In this document: positions 18,241 to 27,958 of the stretch, piece by piece | How the letters are laid out: each line of letters opens with the position of its first letter | Position numbering within the stretch: the stretch's first letter is position 1 | Virus record (IMG/VR): IMGVR_UViG_3300026737_000001 | Direction: 5' to 3' (one strand) | Source of the DNA: a virus | Taxonomy: Duplodnaviria; Heunggongvirae; Uroviricota; Caudoviricetes | Length of the DNA stretch: 44,386 nt | Notes under the pieces: generated by a model | The model's database searches: none | Told to the model about the DNA's origin: nothing | What the model saw: the letters and a program-made list of their open reading frames with translations, nothing else | Translations under genes and position numbers: made by a program

Positions 18241-19497
18241 CTAACCTTTAATAACTGCAATAGTTTTTAGTTCATCAATCACGGATACTAAATCTTTTTG
18301 ATTTTCCATAACCTGATGAATGTCTTTATATGCCTTCATGTATTCTTCTGCAACATCTTTTTTATTAGTTTTACCAAGTACAACATTCTTTTCTTTTAAA
18401 TCTTCCATAACCTCTTGCACTGAATATTCTTCTTTGGCTGCAGTTCTGGTGTGAGTTCTCCCGGCTCCATGGCTGCAGGACTTGAATGAAGCATCATTCC
18501 CAAGACCCTGAGCAATAAAGGAAGATGAACCCATTGCTCCTGGAATAGGCACCATATCTGTACCTCTGGCCCGCACAGCTCCTTTCCTATGCACCATGTA
18601 GTTAACACCGTTCACATTTTCATAGGCAGCATAATTGTGGTGGACATTTAATCTTCTTGTAATTTTATAATTATCAATAAGACCTCTTTTTTTAAGTAAA
18701 TCAATAGTCTTATTTAGAACTAAATCCATAATTTTATCTCTATTTAACTCAGCAACTTTTAAGGCAAAATTCATGAATTTCATATATTCCTGACCCTCAT
18801 CACTATCGAGTGGTAAAAAGGGCATTGTTACATCATCAGATAAAACATCAACATACCATTTTTTATTTAAACTTTTTGCTAACTTACTAAAATGAGAGTT
18901 TATTTTAGCGCCAACACTTCTGGAGCCGGTGTGAATCATAATTGCAAGATTACCCTCTTTGTTTTCCTGCAGCTCAACGAAGTGGTTGCCACCTCCTAGA
19001 CTTCCAACAATTTCCATAGACTCCATGACAGCTTCCATTAAAAGAGGTTTTTCTTCAATATCTCCACCATAGTTTAAATTATTAATTAGATTTAGAAGCT
19101 CCATGTTATCTTTGTTTTCTTCTTTTTTGCAGTGCTGAAATCCTGTTGGTAAATCTCTCATAATTGACCCAACCAGTTCCTGAGCAACTGTTCCTGAATC
19201 CATGTGTGTTGTTTGCATAAAGCAGGCCTCAATATCTGTCTGTATAAAGGCGACACCGCACCCTATATCGTTCGAGACTGCATCAGGTACTATAACATCC
19301 TTTGTAGCTAAAACCCCGCCAACTGGCATATGGTAGCCCGTAGCGTGTACATCAGGCATCAATGCTATGTGTGATTTAGCGTATGGGAGCTTTGATATTT
19401 CTACTGCTTCTTTAAATGTGTTATCATCTAAATCTTCACTTTCATCAATCCAGACTTTAACAGGCAAGCCTGTATATAAACCATTAAAAGTGTACAT
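18241..19497 (-). CDS. rtcB: RtcB family RNA 2',3'-cyclic phosphate/5'-OH ligase
   Basis: MPDVH; DIGCG; SLGGGNHFVE; IHTGSR; VHHNY; VHRKGA; SCSHGAGR; AYKDI. Confidence 0.96.
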   Translation of the reverse strand: MYTFNGLYTGLPVKVWIDESEDLDDNTFKEAVEISKLPYAKSHIALMPDVHATGYHMPVGGVLATKDVIVPDAVSNDIGCGVAFIQTDIEACFMQTTHMDSGTVAQELVGSIMRDLPTGFQHCKKEENKDNMELLNLINNLNYGGDIEEKPLLMEAVMESMEIVGSLGGGNHFVELQENKEGNLAIMIHTGSRSVGAKINSHFSKLAKSLNKKWYVDVLSDDVTMPFLPLDSDEGQEYMKFMNFALKVAELNRDKIMDLVLNKTIDLLKKRGLIDNYKITRRLNVHHNYAAYENVNGVNYMVHRKGAVRARGTDMVPIPGAMGSSSFIAQGLGNDASFKSCSHGAGRTHTRTAAKEEYSVQEVMEDLKEKNVVLGKTNKKDVAEEYMKAYKDIHQVMENQKDLVSVIDELKTIAVIKG

Positions 19498-19877
19498 TAA
19501 AAATCACCTTTCTGTAATGCTATCCACATATCTCCTGAATCTCCCGGTTCTAAAACAAGAAACTCCTCTTCTTCTAAGTGTTCAGACATTTCTTCATTGA
19601 GCATTTCTTCAACATCCTGTCTGATATATAAAGTCCACTCGTCCATGTATTTAAAGGTGTCTTTTTTATATTCTTCTTCTGTCAGTCCTTCTTCTGTGAA
19701 AATATCAAGTAGAGCCTGTGTTTTAAACTGTCCCAAAGCTCCGTCAACAAGAATTTCTACACCCCATAAATTTGAACCTTCTTCATGGTCATCTCCGCTC
19801 ATTTCAATTCTAGAATTTGCTATCTCATCAGCAAGTTTATCTCTGTAAAATATATCATCAAACTTTTTGGTTTTCAT
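19497..19877 (-). CDS. Acidic hypothetical protein
   Basis: Start MKTKK after a GGAGG RBS; TAATG coupling to rtcB. Confidence 0.7.
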   Translation of the reverse strand: MKTKKFDDIFYRDKLADEIANSRIEMSGDDHEEGSNLWGVEILVDGALGQFKTQALLDIFTEEGLTEEEYKKDTFKYMDEWTLYIRQDVEEMLNEEMSEHLEEEEFLVLEPGDSGDMWIALQKGDF

Positions 19878-19878
19878 T

Positions 19879-20235
19879 TTATACATCCCTCCATTTGCCA
19901 TAATTAGTATCTGCTATATCCTTAATATCATTTAGCAACTCATTTAATACCTGTTTACTTGAATCTTCTGGTGTAAACTCTATCATTTCTGATATGCCCT
20001 CAAACTCTTTGTCCATTTCTTCATGTTCGCTTACAATTTTAGCTTTTACTATTTTGTAATCATGCTCTTGAAGCCACTTGTGGAATTTATAGGCTTCACA
20101 TTGATTTTTACAAAACGGTTTAGCGAAAACCTTAGATAGTTCTTTGCTCAATTCTGTCCCGTTACCATTATCAATTAAATCCTGTATGTCACACTCAACA
20201 TCTTTGCAATATTCTCGGTTCTTATATTCAATCAT
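19879..20235 (-). CDS. Cys-containing hypothetical protein with a C-terminal module repeated at 43510..43700
   Basis: Track ORF; the C-terminal EMDKEFEG...DIAD.NYGKWR is duplicated elsewhere in the window. Confidence 0.75.
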   Translation of the reverse strand: MIEYKNREYCKDVECDIQDLIDNGNGTELSKELSKVFAKPFCKNQCEAYKFHKWLQEHDYKIVKAKIVSEHEEMDKEFEGISEMIEFTPEDSSKQVLNELLNDIKDIADTNYGKWRDV

Positions 20236-20705
20236 TTAGTTAAACTCTCCTTTAATAGCTTTCTTCCTATCTCATAGCTGTTATGATGTTTGTGGTAGGG
20301 TTCCCAGAAAAACTCCTTAATTATTTCGAATGTCATCTCAGAAATAGTGAGAGACTTGTATTCTGAGTCAACATTTTTTCCAAACACCTGATTTGCTGCA
20401 TCTGATATTTTATGATAAACGGGAAGGTAAACTTTAAACCTAAAATTATCTGTTTCCTGCCAACCATCTTCGAAGGTAGCAATTAGGTCATCTAAACCAT
20501 CTATTTCGTCGTTTATTATATCCTCTTTTATTACTGACTCGGTGTCAGCCATCCAAGTAGTTGTTCTTGCATATTGAGTGATTTCATCTAAAAATTGGTG
20601 GCCGTAATCAATGAGCATACAATCAACAATTTTTTCCTCTTTATCATCAAAATAATTTAATCTTTCTTTAATCTTTTCCCTTGCTTTTTTATTATAATCT
20701 AGCAT
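20232..20705 (-). CDS. Acidic hypothetical protein
   Basis: Track ORF. Confidence 0.7.
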   Translation of the reverse strand: MLDYNKKAREKIKERLNYFDDKEEKIVDCMLIDYGHQFLDEITQYARTTTWMADTESVIKEDIINDEIDGLDDLIATFEDGWQETDNFRFKVYLPVYHKISDAANQVFGKNVDSEYKSLTISEMTFEIIKEFFWEPYHKHHNSYEIGRKLLKESLTK

Positions 20706-20709
20706 CTCA

Positions 20710-21246
20710 TCACTCCTCCTTAAAATAATTCATCCACCCTGATTTGATTTTTCTTTTTTTCTCAATCAGGATATGGATATCGCCCCACTCTGTTAGATAG
20801 TCAATGTAGTCGCTGGCAAATTTTTCGATTAAATATAGTTCATATGGTTCCTGTAGGTCAATTTCATCATCTAAAATTCCATCTTCAAGCATTTCATAGT
20901 ATTTTTCCTTAAAAAGATTGTTTTCTTTCATAATATCCTCAATTATTCTTTCATGATAATCATAAATAAATTCTCTTAAAGGCATGAAATAACTTTTTTC
21001 ATAGGCACCATAATGGTCAGATGGAATATCTAAATATATTTTTTCATCATGCTGTGTTGTTTTTACTTTAGAACATTCCCACTCTCTCGTTTCAGATTTA
21101 GCACCAATACTATAGTAATGATTGATATAATCAGCAATTGAGCTATTTATATTGTCGAAAGTAAGCCCTTTAGAAAATTCTCCCTTTTTTAAGCTGACCC
21201 CCTGGGCCAGCCACCTTAAAAGTTCTAATTCTTTTTTAAAGTCCAT
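20710..21246 (-). CDS. Acidic hypothetical protein
   Basis: Track ORF with a GGAGG RBS. Confidence 0.7.
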   Translation of the reverse strand: MDFKKELELLRWLAQGVSLKKGEFSKGLTFDNINSSIADYINHYYSIGAKSETREWECSKVKTTQHDEKIYLDIPSDHYGAYEKSYFMPLREFIYDYHERIIEDIMKENNLFKEKYYEMLEDGILDDEIDLQEPYELYLIEKFASDYIDYLTEWGDIHILIEKKRKIKSGWMNYFKEE

Positions 21247-21266
21247 TGTAACCCTCCTTTTAAATA

Positions 21267-21785
21267 TTAATAACCAGCAAGTTCTCCAGATGAGTGGTAT
21301 TCTTCTAATAAATTATCGGCAGCAATAATTATTCTTTCAAAGCGACTGTTATTGTCGATGTGGTCTAATTCCATTTCAAGTTCATCTTCAACCATTTTCT
21401 GATTATCATTAATAAATCTCTTTATTTTTGGGTGGATATCCAAATCTTTATTGATATAATCAGCAGCTATATTAAAAACAAGCTGGTATAAATTGTCATA
21501 TAAAACATCTGTTAGATATAAAGAGCATCCACTAAAAAAGGCATCATCTAAATCAGTAAAAGGCTGAGACATATCAACTAAACCGTTTCTCATTGCTTCT
21601 TTAACATAACCCTGCAGCTCTTCTCCTTTTTCCCAGTAAACATCTGCATATCTGTCCCCGTATTCTGCAATAGCATCGCCGATATAATCAGTTTCGCTTA
21701 TCCCTTCCATATCTACAAAGTCATCTAGCATTTCCTGTTCTCTGCCTGTTATAACATCAAAATTATATTCTTTAAATTTAATCAA
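21267..21785 (-). CDS. Highly acidic hypothetical protein
   Basis: Track ORF with a GGAGG RBS. Confidence 0.7.
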   Translation of the reverse strand: MIKFKEYNFDVITGREQEMLDDFVDMEGISETDYIGDAIAEYGDRYADVYWEKGEELQGYVKEAMRNGLVDMSQPFTDLDDAFFSGCSLYLTDVLYDNLYQLVFNIAADYINKDLDIHPKIKRFINDNQKMVEDELEMELDHIDNNSRFERIIIAADNLLEEYHSSGELAGY

Positions 21786-21799
21786 ATTAAACCCTCCTT

Positions 21800-22072
21800 T
21801 TATTCTGAACTTCCATATTTTTCATCTGCCATTTCTTCATAAGTTTTATCTTCGTATTGTGGCAACTCGTAATTTAAAATTTGAAGAGCTTCCCTGATTT
21901 CCTTATCTATTTTTTCAATACTTTCTTTGATATCAAACCAGCTGTCCATGTCATGCATTACTGACCAGCCCGGAGCATATTCCAGACCTGTATTTAATTC
22001 TTTTATTGATTCTTTTTGATTTTCTAAGGTTTCAATATAGTATTCAATTAAACGTTTTGGTCCTGCAGCCAT
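21800..22072 (-). CDS. Acidic hypothetical protein
   Basis: Track ORF with a GGAGGTG RBS. Confidence 0.7.
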   Translation of the reverse strand: MAAGPKRLIEYYIETLENQKESIKELNTGLEYAPGWSVMHDMDSWFDIKESIEKIDKEIREALQILNYELPQYEDKTYEEMADEKYGSSE

Positions 22073-22086
22073 CTAATTCACCTCCT

Positions 22087-22713
22087 TTAAGCATTTATAG
22101 TTTTAGCGGCTCTATCTAATGATACAGAAAAGGCATTATCAATTATTTCTAGTCGTTCCTGTAATAAATCCCAGTTGGTTGTCCCGATACCATTTACAAC
22201 CTGGTCCATATAAAACCCAAATAATCCATCAATAGCTGTTATAGCATTTGCTGCATTGAAGAACTCTTCATCCATATCCTCGTATCTGATTAAGTCTTCA
22301 GAGCCATCCATTCGCATTCCGTATCCGGCCTCAACGATTATATATTCAATGAAGTCTGTTTCGAAATTCTTCCATTCACCCTCCCAGCCGTAAGCGCTCA
22401 TAATATCAGATATGGTTTCATCTGAAAGGCTGTCCAAAGTAGGAACCATATAGATATCAATACTTAAAGGTTGGTCTTCAAAATCATAAGGGTCAATGCC
22501 AAAAATCTCTTTAATAAGGTAGCCTTCCCAAAAACTTCCGTGTAGTACATACCTATAATCAAAATTAAGGCCGGGTTCTCTGTGTTGATAAACTTTTTTT
22601 GAGATATAACTTTTGTGGTAATCAGCATCTTCGACTAAAATAAAATCTTCTAGACTTGTATCACAGGTTCCTGATACACTCCCAAACTCAAACTTTTCTT
22701 TTTTATTTTTCAT
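22087..22713 (-). CDS. Highly acidic hypothetical protein
   Basis: Track ORF with a GGAGGTG RBS. Confidence 0.75.
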   Translation of the reverse strand: MKNKKEKFEFGSVSGTCDTSLEDFILVEDADYHKSYISKKVYQHREPGLNFDYRYVLHGSFWEGYLIKEIFGIDPYDFEDQPLSIDIYMVPTLDSLSDETISDIMSAYGWEGEWKNFETDFIEYIIVEAGYGMRMDGSEDLIRYEDMDEEFFNAANAITAIDGLFGFYMDQVVNGIGTTNWDLLQERLEIIDNAFSVSLDRAAKTINA

Positions 22714-22724
22714 TTGACACCTCC

Positions 22725-23171
22725 TTATAGTCCCTCACTTACATCTAAGAAATGTTCATATTTAGAGTCAGCTAAACATTCAATTGCAATTTTAAAACTT
22801 TCAACATCTCTAACTGGGTTAAAAGCTAGATTTTTATATTTTATACTTCTGATTAGCTCTAATTTTTCACCTATTAAAAGGTCAGCCGGCCTATCAACAA
22901 AGTAAAGTGTATCCTCATTCTTTTTCATATTTAATTTATCAAGAATATGATTTGCAGTTGAGGTAGCATTATGTTTTGTTAAAAATGTTGACTTGGTTTT
23001 TAAATCTCCAACCTCAATAACTCCTGATTCTAATTTTAAATAATAACTGTCTGGCATATCATCGACATTATAAATCTCCCATCTTTCATTTTCGTTATTT
23101 TCCAAAAATTCTCTCAAATCTGTTTTTTCTATCAGAACACCATCAACATAGTTGCTTCTTTTCATTTTCAT
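22725..23171 (-). CDS. Hypothetical protein
   Basis: Track ORF with a GGAGG RBS. Confidence 0.7.
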   Translation of the reverse strand: MKMKRSNYVDGVLIEKTDLREFLENNENERWEIYNVDDMPDSYYLKLESGVIEVGDLKTKSTFLTKHNATSTANHILDKLNMKKNEDTLYFVDRPADLLIGEKLELIRSIKYKNLAFNPVRDVESFKIAIECLADSKYEHFLDVSEGL

Positions 23172-23364
23172 TATTTATTCCTCCTTATATTTTTTCTAAA
23201 ATCATCTTTAAGTGCGTGTTATCTTTGATTTCGATACCAAAGTCCCGTTCTACAACCCTCTGTGTGTAGGGCAGGGCAAACATAGTTTCATAGCGAATCA
23301 TGAAGTTGTCTGGAATCAACATATCAAGCCTTTCCCGTGATAGAGGGAAGTAATTCTCCCTTAT

Positions 23365-23643
23365 TTATATACTTTCAATGTACTTTTTAATAGTATTAAT
23401 ATCATAATCTGTATAAACACTTCCTATATATTTTAAACAATCATTTTCAATTATAAAACACTTTGATTCATTAAGTTTGAATTTTATTAATATAACATCA
23501 TCATTTTTAATTAATTCTGTATCATTTTTTAAATTATCATATATATAAAAAGCATTTTCTTTTAACCATTTAGCACTCCTTACTACTTCCTTACCTTTTA
23601 ATTTGTTCAATAATTTCAATTTTTCTTTATCAATAGCGTTCAT
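23365..23643 (-). CDS. Hypothetical protein in a very AT-rich segment
   Basis: Track ORF with a GGAG RBS. Confidence 0.6.
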   Translation of the reverse strand: MNAIDKEKLKLLNKLKGKEVVRSAKWLKENAFYIYDNLKNDTELIKNDDVILIKFKLNESKCFIIENDCLKYIGSVYTDYDINTIKKYIESI

Positions 23644-24244
23644 ATTTTAACAACTCCTTATTTTATTAATTCTGAAAAAGAAGTATCTAATTTAAAATCT
23701 TCACAAATAGAATCTTCCGGATTTACTTGTTCTTCAAAAATACCACAATATTTTGGCTCTCCCCAACAATAATATTTACAATTATAACAGGTATATTCTC
23801 TTTTCTTATTTCCCATTTTATCCACTCCTTATTTATATTCCCCTTCGATTTTTGCTTGATATACAGCAAAGTGTTTATTTGGATTATCTTCGTATTCTTC
23901 ATAAACAATTAACTTTTCTTCATCAATTTTGGTTTCTCCCTCTAAAATAAAATCACCTTCAATCAATAATCACCACATCATCAGGTATCTTATCCAAGAA
24001 AAACATCTTATCTAAGACACTTTTTGACATCGAGTTATTATATTGTTCTGTATTAGTTATTTCATTCAATATTTTTCCTCCTTTAAAACATACTCATTAT
24101 TACAGCTTCAAATTCTTCATTACAATAATTACAGCTTAATAAGAACTCGTCCGGTGCAGTTTTCATAATCTCGTCGTAATTATCACTTCCGCATTCTGGA
24201 CAAACTACTTCGTCTAATGTTATAAAAGCTTCAGTCATTTTTAT

Positions 24245-24571
24245 TTACCCCCCAAAATATTCTTTAATATCTTCTTTAAGCTGTCTTGTTATTTCTTTGC
24301 CCTCATCAGTTTCCATAAATTTATTAAAAGCGATGCTAGTGTATTCCTGTAAATAGATGCTCTCTATCATCTCATTTACTGTTGGTCTTTCTTTAAGCTC
24401 TCCTCTGTAATGTTTAGCTAAAAGACAGTCAGAACAACCCTGACAGCCTCCTGTGCAGTTGTGTTTTTCGGGATTATAGCAGTGATTATCCCAATCTATT
24501 TCGTAATTTTTTTTAAAACACTTAAACTCTAAATTTTTAAACTTCTCATAAGACATATTTTTTATATCCAT
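24245..24571 (-). CDS. Cys-rich hypothetical protein
   Basis: C...C..GCQGCSDC cluster. Confidence 0.65.
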   Translation of the reverse strand: MDIKNMSYEKFKNLEFKCFKKNYEIDWDNHCYNPEKHNCTGGCQGCSDCLLAKHYRGELKERPTVNEMIESIYLQEYTSIAFNKFMETDEGKEITRQLKEDIKEYFGG

Positions 24572-24572
24572 C

Positions 24573-24866
24573 TTATTTACTCCTTATCTTTTCTTCTTTT
24601 ATTAATCGATATGCTTTGTCAACAACCCATGGCTCTCCTGTTGGTAAATCAAAGCCTGTTGAGCCGTCAAAATCTTTAAATTCATCATACAGGAGAGTTG
24701 ATTTTGATATTTCTGGATTATTTTTCTGCAATTCAACAAGTTCATAAGCCCACTCATCGAATGTGCTATCTTCAACAATGCTTGTTCCAAATCTATAGTA
24801 AATACAGCTGTGTACTAAGATTTGTCTTCGTCTTCTTCTTATAAGTTCTTTTATTTTCTTTTTCAT
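24573..24866 (-). CDS. Stand-alone protein resembling domain Ia of NAD-dependent DNA ligase
   Basis: RRRQILVHSCIYY....SIVEDSTFDEWAYELVELQKNNP matches the LigA N-terminal HxxxYY...D..YD..L..LE..P pattern. Confidence 0.65.
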   Translation of the reverse strand: MKKKIKELIRRRRRQILVHSCIYYRFGTSIVEDSTFDEWAYELVELQKNNPEISKSTLLYDEFKDFDGSTGFDLPTGEPWVVDKAYRLIKEEKIRSK

Positions 24867-24885
24867 TTTTTTATCACCTGAATTC

Positions 24886-25821
24886 TTAAGCTACTTTTTC
24901 CTCCTCTAGAACTAAATTATTAAATATAAAGCTGATAACATTAACCGTCCAGCCATTTCCAAGCATCTTATATCTTTGGGTATTGCTTACGCCTTCAGTG
25001 TAGTTGTCTGGAACATTTTGCAGTCTTTCATATTCAATAGGTAGCAACTTTCTTGCTCTTCCGTCTTGAAGTACCTTAGCCTGTCTGTGTCCTCCCTGTG
25101 CTGTTGTTAAAGTAGGTGATTTATGATTAGGGTTATAAACTCTATTTATAGTGTCATAACTTGATATACTTAATTTAGCTACTACCCTTTTGTTCATATC
25201 TATTTTTAGCTTTTCGTCATACCAAAAATTCATTCTGCCGTTATTTTCTATTTCTGTAACAACATCTGCTGGTTCCAAAATATCCTTTAAAACCTGATTG
25301 TTCTTTTTTGGTTTTTTATTTATATTAATATTTGTCCAGTAATATCTTTTTCTGTCCTGTGCTGAAAATAAAGCACTATTTATTAATTGAGGTTTTGTAT
25401 AAAGAGTCTCTGATATAATCTCTTTGTCTTCATCTTTCATGCTGGCCACATTTTCAAACATAAATTTAAAAGTTGGATTATATTTTTCTACAAGGTCAAG
25501 AACCCTCACAAACTCATAAAAAAGTTTTGATTTCTCTCCCTTAAGCCCCTGGTTGTAACTGTCACGATTAATAACTGCTCTGCTTAAGTTTTGACAGGGA
25601 CTACCTCCAATTAAAAGATGTATAGGTGATATCTCTTTTATAAAACTATCATCTATTTCTTTTATGTCTCCAACATGGATTGTTTCTGGATAGTTTTTCT
25701 TTGTAATTTTTACTGCGTATTTATCTATTTCGCTTGCATAATATTTATCAACTTTTATTCCGTTTTTTTCTAGTGCAATCTGGCCCGACGAAATTCCATC
25801 AAATAAAGATAGTATATTCAT
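24886..25821 (-). CDS. C5-cytosine DNA methyltransferase
   Basis: MNILSLFDG (motif I); GGSPCQ (IV); FENV (VI); SAQDRKR (VIII); YKMLGNGW (X). Confidence 0.93.
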   Translation of the reverse strand: MNILSLFDGISSGQIALEKNGIKVDKYYASEIDKYAVKITKKNYPETIHVGDIKEIDDSFIKEISPIHLLIGGSPCQNLSRAVINRDSYNQGLKGEKSKLFYEFVRVLDLVEKYNPTFKFMFENVASMKDEDKEIISETLYTKPQLINSALFSAQDRKRYYWTNININKKPKKNNQVLKDILEPADVVTEIENNGRMNFWYDEKLKIDMNKRVVAKLSISSYDTINRVYNPNHKSPTLTTAQGGHRQAKVLQDGRARKLLPIEYERLQNVPDNYTEGVSNTQRYKMLGNGWTVNVISFIFNNLVLEEEKVA

Positions 25822-26282
25822 TAAATACACCACCTCTTATTCTTAATGATATATCCTATCTCTGTCTTCCCTATATCATATTTTTTTGCAAGACTTCTAT
25901 AAGTATAAGAACCTGTTGAATATAACTCTCTAATTTCGTTAGCAATTTCCATATTTATCTTAGTATTTTGCAAATCATTATCTCTAGAATGTATTTGATT
26001 TTGAGAAGGTGTACACCATTCTAAATTATTTACATTATTATTTAATTTATTACCATCTTTATGATTAACCTCTGGATAATTTTTAGGATTAGGTATAAAA
26101 GATTCAGCTACTAATCTATGCAAATTAGGGTAGATTTTCTTCCCATTAACTGTTAATACCATCATTCTATATCCAGACTTGCTAACCTTACCTTTTAATT
26201 CTTTCCTTTTCCCTACATTACTAAATACTTTACCGCTAGAAGTAACTTCATATTTTCCGTCAAATAAGCTTAGTACATTCAA
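25821..26282 (-). mobile_element. NUMOD4-type HNH homing endonuclease with a C-terminal HTH
   Basis: YEVTSSGKV...HRLVAESFIPNP...VNHKDGNKLNNNVNNLEW. TTG start at 26282 after GGAGG; TAATG coupling to the methyltransferase. Confidence 0.9.
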
Positions 26283-26350
26283 TTTCGTTGACCTCCAATT
26301 ATAGATTTGTTTAAACAATTAAACTAAACTAATAAAATAAAAAAATACCC

Positions 26351-26536
26351 CTAATTAAAGACCCACTCCTTTTTTACACCCAAGTCGAAAACCTCAATAA
26401 CTTCAAACTCAGGTTCTTTATCCTGGTTGACAAGATTTAGTTTTTCTTTGAAACTTTCTATTGCATCTTTGACATTTGCTGCATATACTATATCTTTATA
26501 TCCTTGAATATTAGTTCTTACATTATATTTTGGCAT
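26351..26536 (-). CDS. Small hypothetical protein
   Basis: Track ORF with a GGAG RBS. Confidence 0.6.
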   Translation of the reverse strand: MPKYNVRTNIQGYKDIVYAANVKDAIESFKEKLNLVNQDKEPEFEVIEVFDLGVKKEWVFN

Positions 26537-26561
26537 TTAAAATTGCTCCCTTTTATAAATT

Positions 26562-26945
26562 TTAGTCTACATATCTATTGATATACCATCTCATAATTTC
26601 TGTTGCAGTATTTGGTTCTAAATTACGACTTCTTATTTGTCCTCTTAAATCTGAAAGACTTTCAATTCGTTTTTGTTGATTTCCAACAATAATATAAATT
26701 CTATTGTAGTCATCAATATAAACCTGCACACCGTTTATAACAGTGACATTTTTTGCATGTTCATTAAAAAGTTTAAATTGATAAGTTAACTCTTCAATAT
26801 CATAAGGAAATCCTACTTCATCTGCCACCTGTTCAAGTTGTTCTCTTTCATGGTCGTCTAAACTCTCCCAGCTACCACTTAATCTGATTAATAAGTCTCT
26901 TACATTTTCTATATCAGTTTTAACCTTTTCTATTGTACTAATCAT
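26562..26945 (-). CDS. Hypothetical protein
   Basis: Track ORF with an RBS. Confidence 0.7.
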   Translation of the reverse strand: MISTIEKVKTDIENVRDLLIRLSGSWESLDDHEREQLEQVADEVGFPYDIEELTYQFKLFNEHAKNVTVINGVQVYIDDYNRIYIIVGNQQKRIESLSDLRGQIRSRNLEPNTATEIMRWYINRYVD

Positions 26946-26960
26946 TTTTTACCCCCTTTT

Positions 26961-27380
26961 TTATATTAATTCTAAAAGATATTCCTGTAGCACTTGCTGT
27001 AGCTTAATTTTAAAAAATGCAGTCTCTTTTTCTATATTTTTTATATTATTAAACTCTTCCAAAACTAGCTTTTTCTCCTCACTGCCGCTTACTTCCAGCT
27101 CAAAATCAATCTTTAAAAACTCGATGTCGTTTTGTCTGTGAATATTAACGTTCAGCATGTAGTAACCGGGATTTTTAGAAATACCCAAGAGACATGTCTT
27201 TTTTTCTAAAATATCAATGTGTTGAAATCTGATATCTTTTTCTCTGACTCCGGCAATAAAAGCTATATCTTTTATGTTCTCGCTTATAAATTTAGAGATT
27301 AAAATTCTTGCTCTGTCAAGTTTTTCATTTTCTTTTTCGGTATTTTTAGCCATTTTCTTGATTAAATTTGTCATTTTCAT
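26961..27380 (-). CDS. Hypothetical protein
   Basis: Start adjusted to the ATG after GGAGG. Confidence 0.65.
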   Translation of the reverse strand: MKMTNLIKKMAKNTEKENEKLDRARILISKFISENIKDIAFIAGVREKDIRFQHIDILEKKTCLLGISKNPGYYMLNVNIHRQNDIEFLKIDFELEVSGSEEKKLVLEEFNNIKNIEKETAFFKIKLQQVLQEYLLELI

Positions 27381-27525
27381 CCCTCCAGAACACACACTTT
27401 TTTAAGATACTGTAGAAGCTACCATCGCAGTTTATGCTGTTTTTAAAATTTCTCATATGATAAGGACAGCTTCCGCATTTTTCTTTTTTCCACTTAAGCA
27501 GAACTTCTTTTTTTGGTTTTTTCAT
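27346..27525 (-). CDS. Small Cys-containing hypothetical protein
   Basis: CGSCPYH...C...C motif. Confidence 0.55.
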   Translation of the reverse strand: MKKPKKEVLLKWKKEKCGSCPYHMRNFKNSINCDGSFYSILKKCVFWRDENDKFNQENG

Positions 27526-27700
27526 TCTGAACCTTCCTTTTAGCATTATTTTCAATGTAGTCTTTTTGATACATCTGGTTTTGCGACTGTGCTGTTCTTA
27601 ATTTTGATTCTAGTTCTGAAATTCTGGCCCCTGCAAAAAGCCCTATAGTTAATGCACCAGCTATAACCCCTACAAAAACTCCTATTAAAAGTAAATTCAT
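27494..27700 (-). CDS. Small membrane-anchored coiled-coil protein
   Basis: N-terminal hydrophobic helix and a GAGGT RBS. Confidence 0.6.
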   Translation of the reverse strand: MNLLLIGVFVGVIAGALTIGLFAGARISELESKLRTAQSQNQMYQKDYIENNAKRKVQNEKTKKRSSA

Positions 27701-27701
27701 T

Positions 27702-27944
27702 TTAACTACCTCTTTTATATACATATTTTGAATCTAAAAAAATTGAAGTATAGGGAGCATCATCAATAAGTATAGGTAAGCAGTCTATCTCTCTTAAGCT
27801 TACATTTTGCTCTGTTATTACTCCCTTTTCTTCTTCTCTTTCAACAGCGTTTACAACATAAAGATTTCTTTTAACATTTTCTGGAATATGCTCAGCATCA
27901 TCTCTAATTAAAACCATGTCTCCAGGATTTAATCTTTCATACAT
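27702..27944 (-). CDS. Hypothetical protein (SH3/KOW-like start)
   Basis: LNPGDMVLIR motif. Confidence 0.6.
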   Translation of the reverse strand: MYERLNPGDMVLIRDDAEHIPENVKRNLYVVNAVEREEEKGVITEQNVSLREIDCLPILIDDAPYTSIFLDSKYVYKRGS

Positions 27945-27958
27945 TTTGGTCTCCTTTC

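Noticed and set aside
25790-26295. Group I intron or T4 gene-60-type ribosomal bypass joining the two LSLFDG segments (matching GGA codons)
   Set aside because: The HNH ORF fills the whole interval with no room for a ribozyme core, there is no stop codon after the first GGA, and the methyltransferase has its own RBS and ATG.
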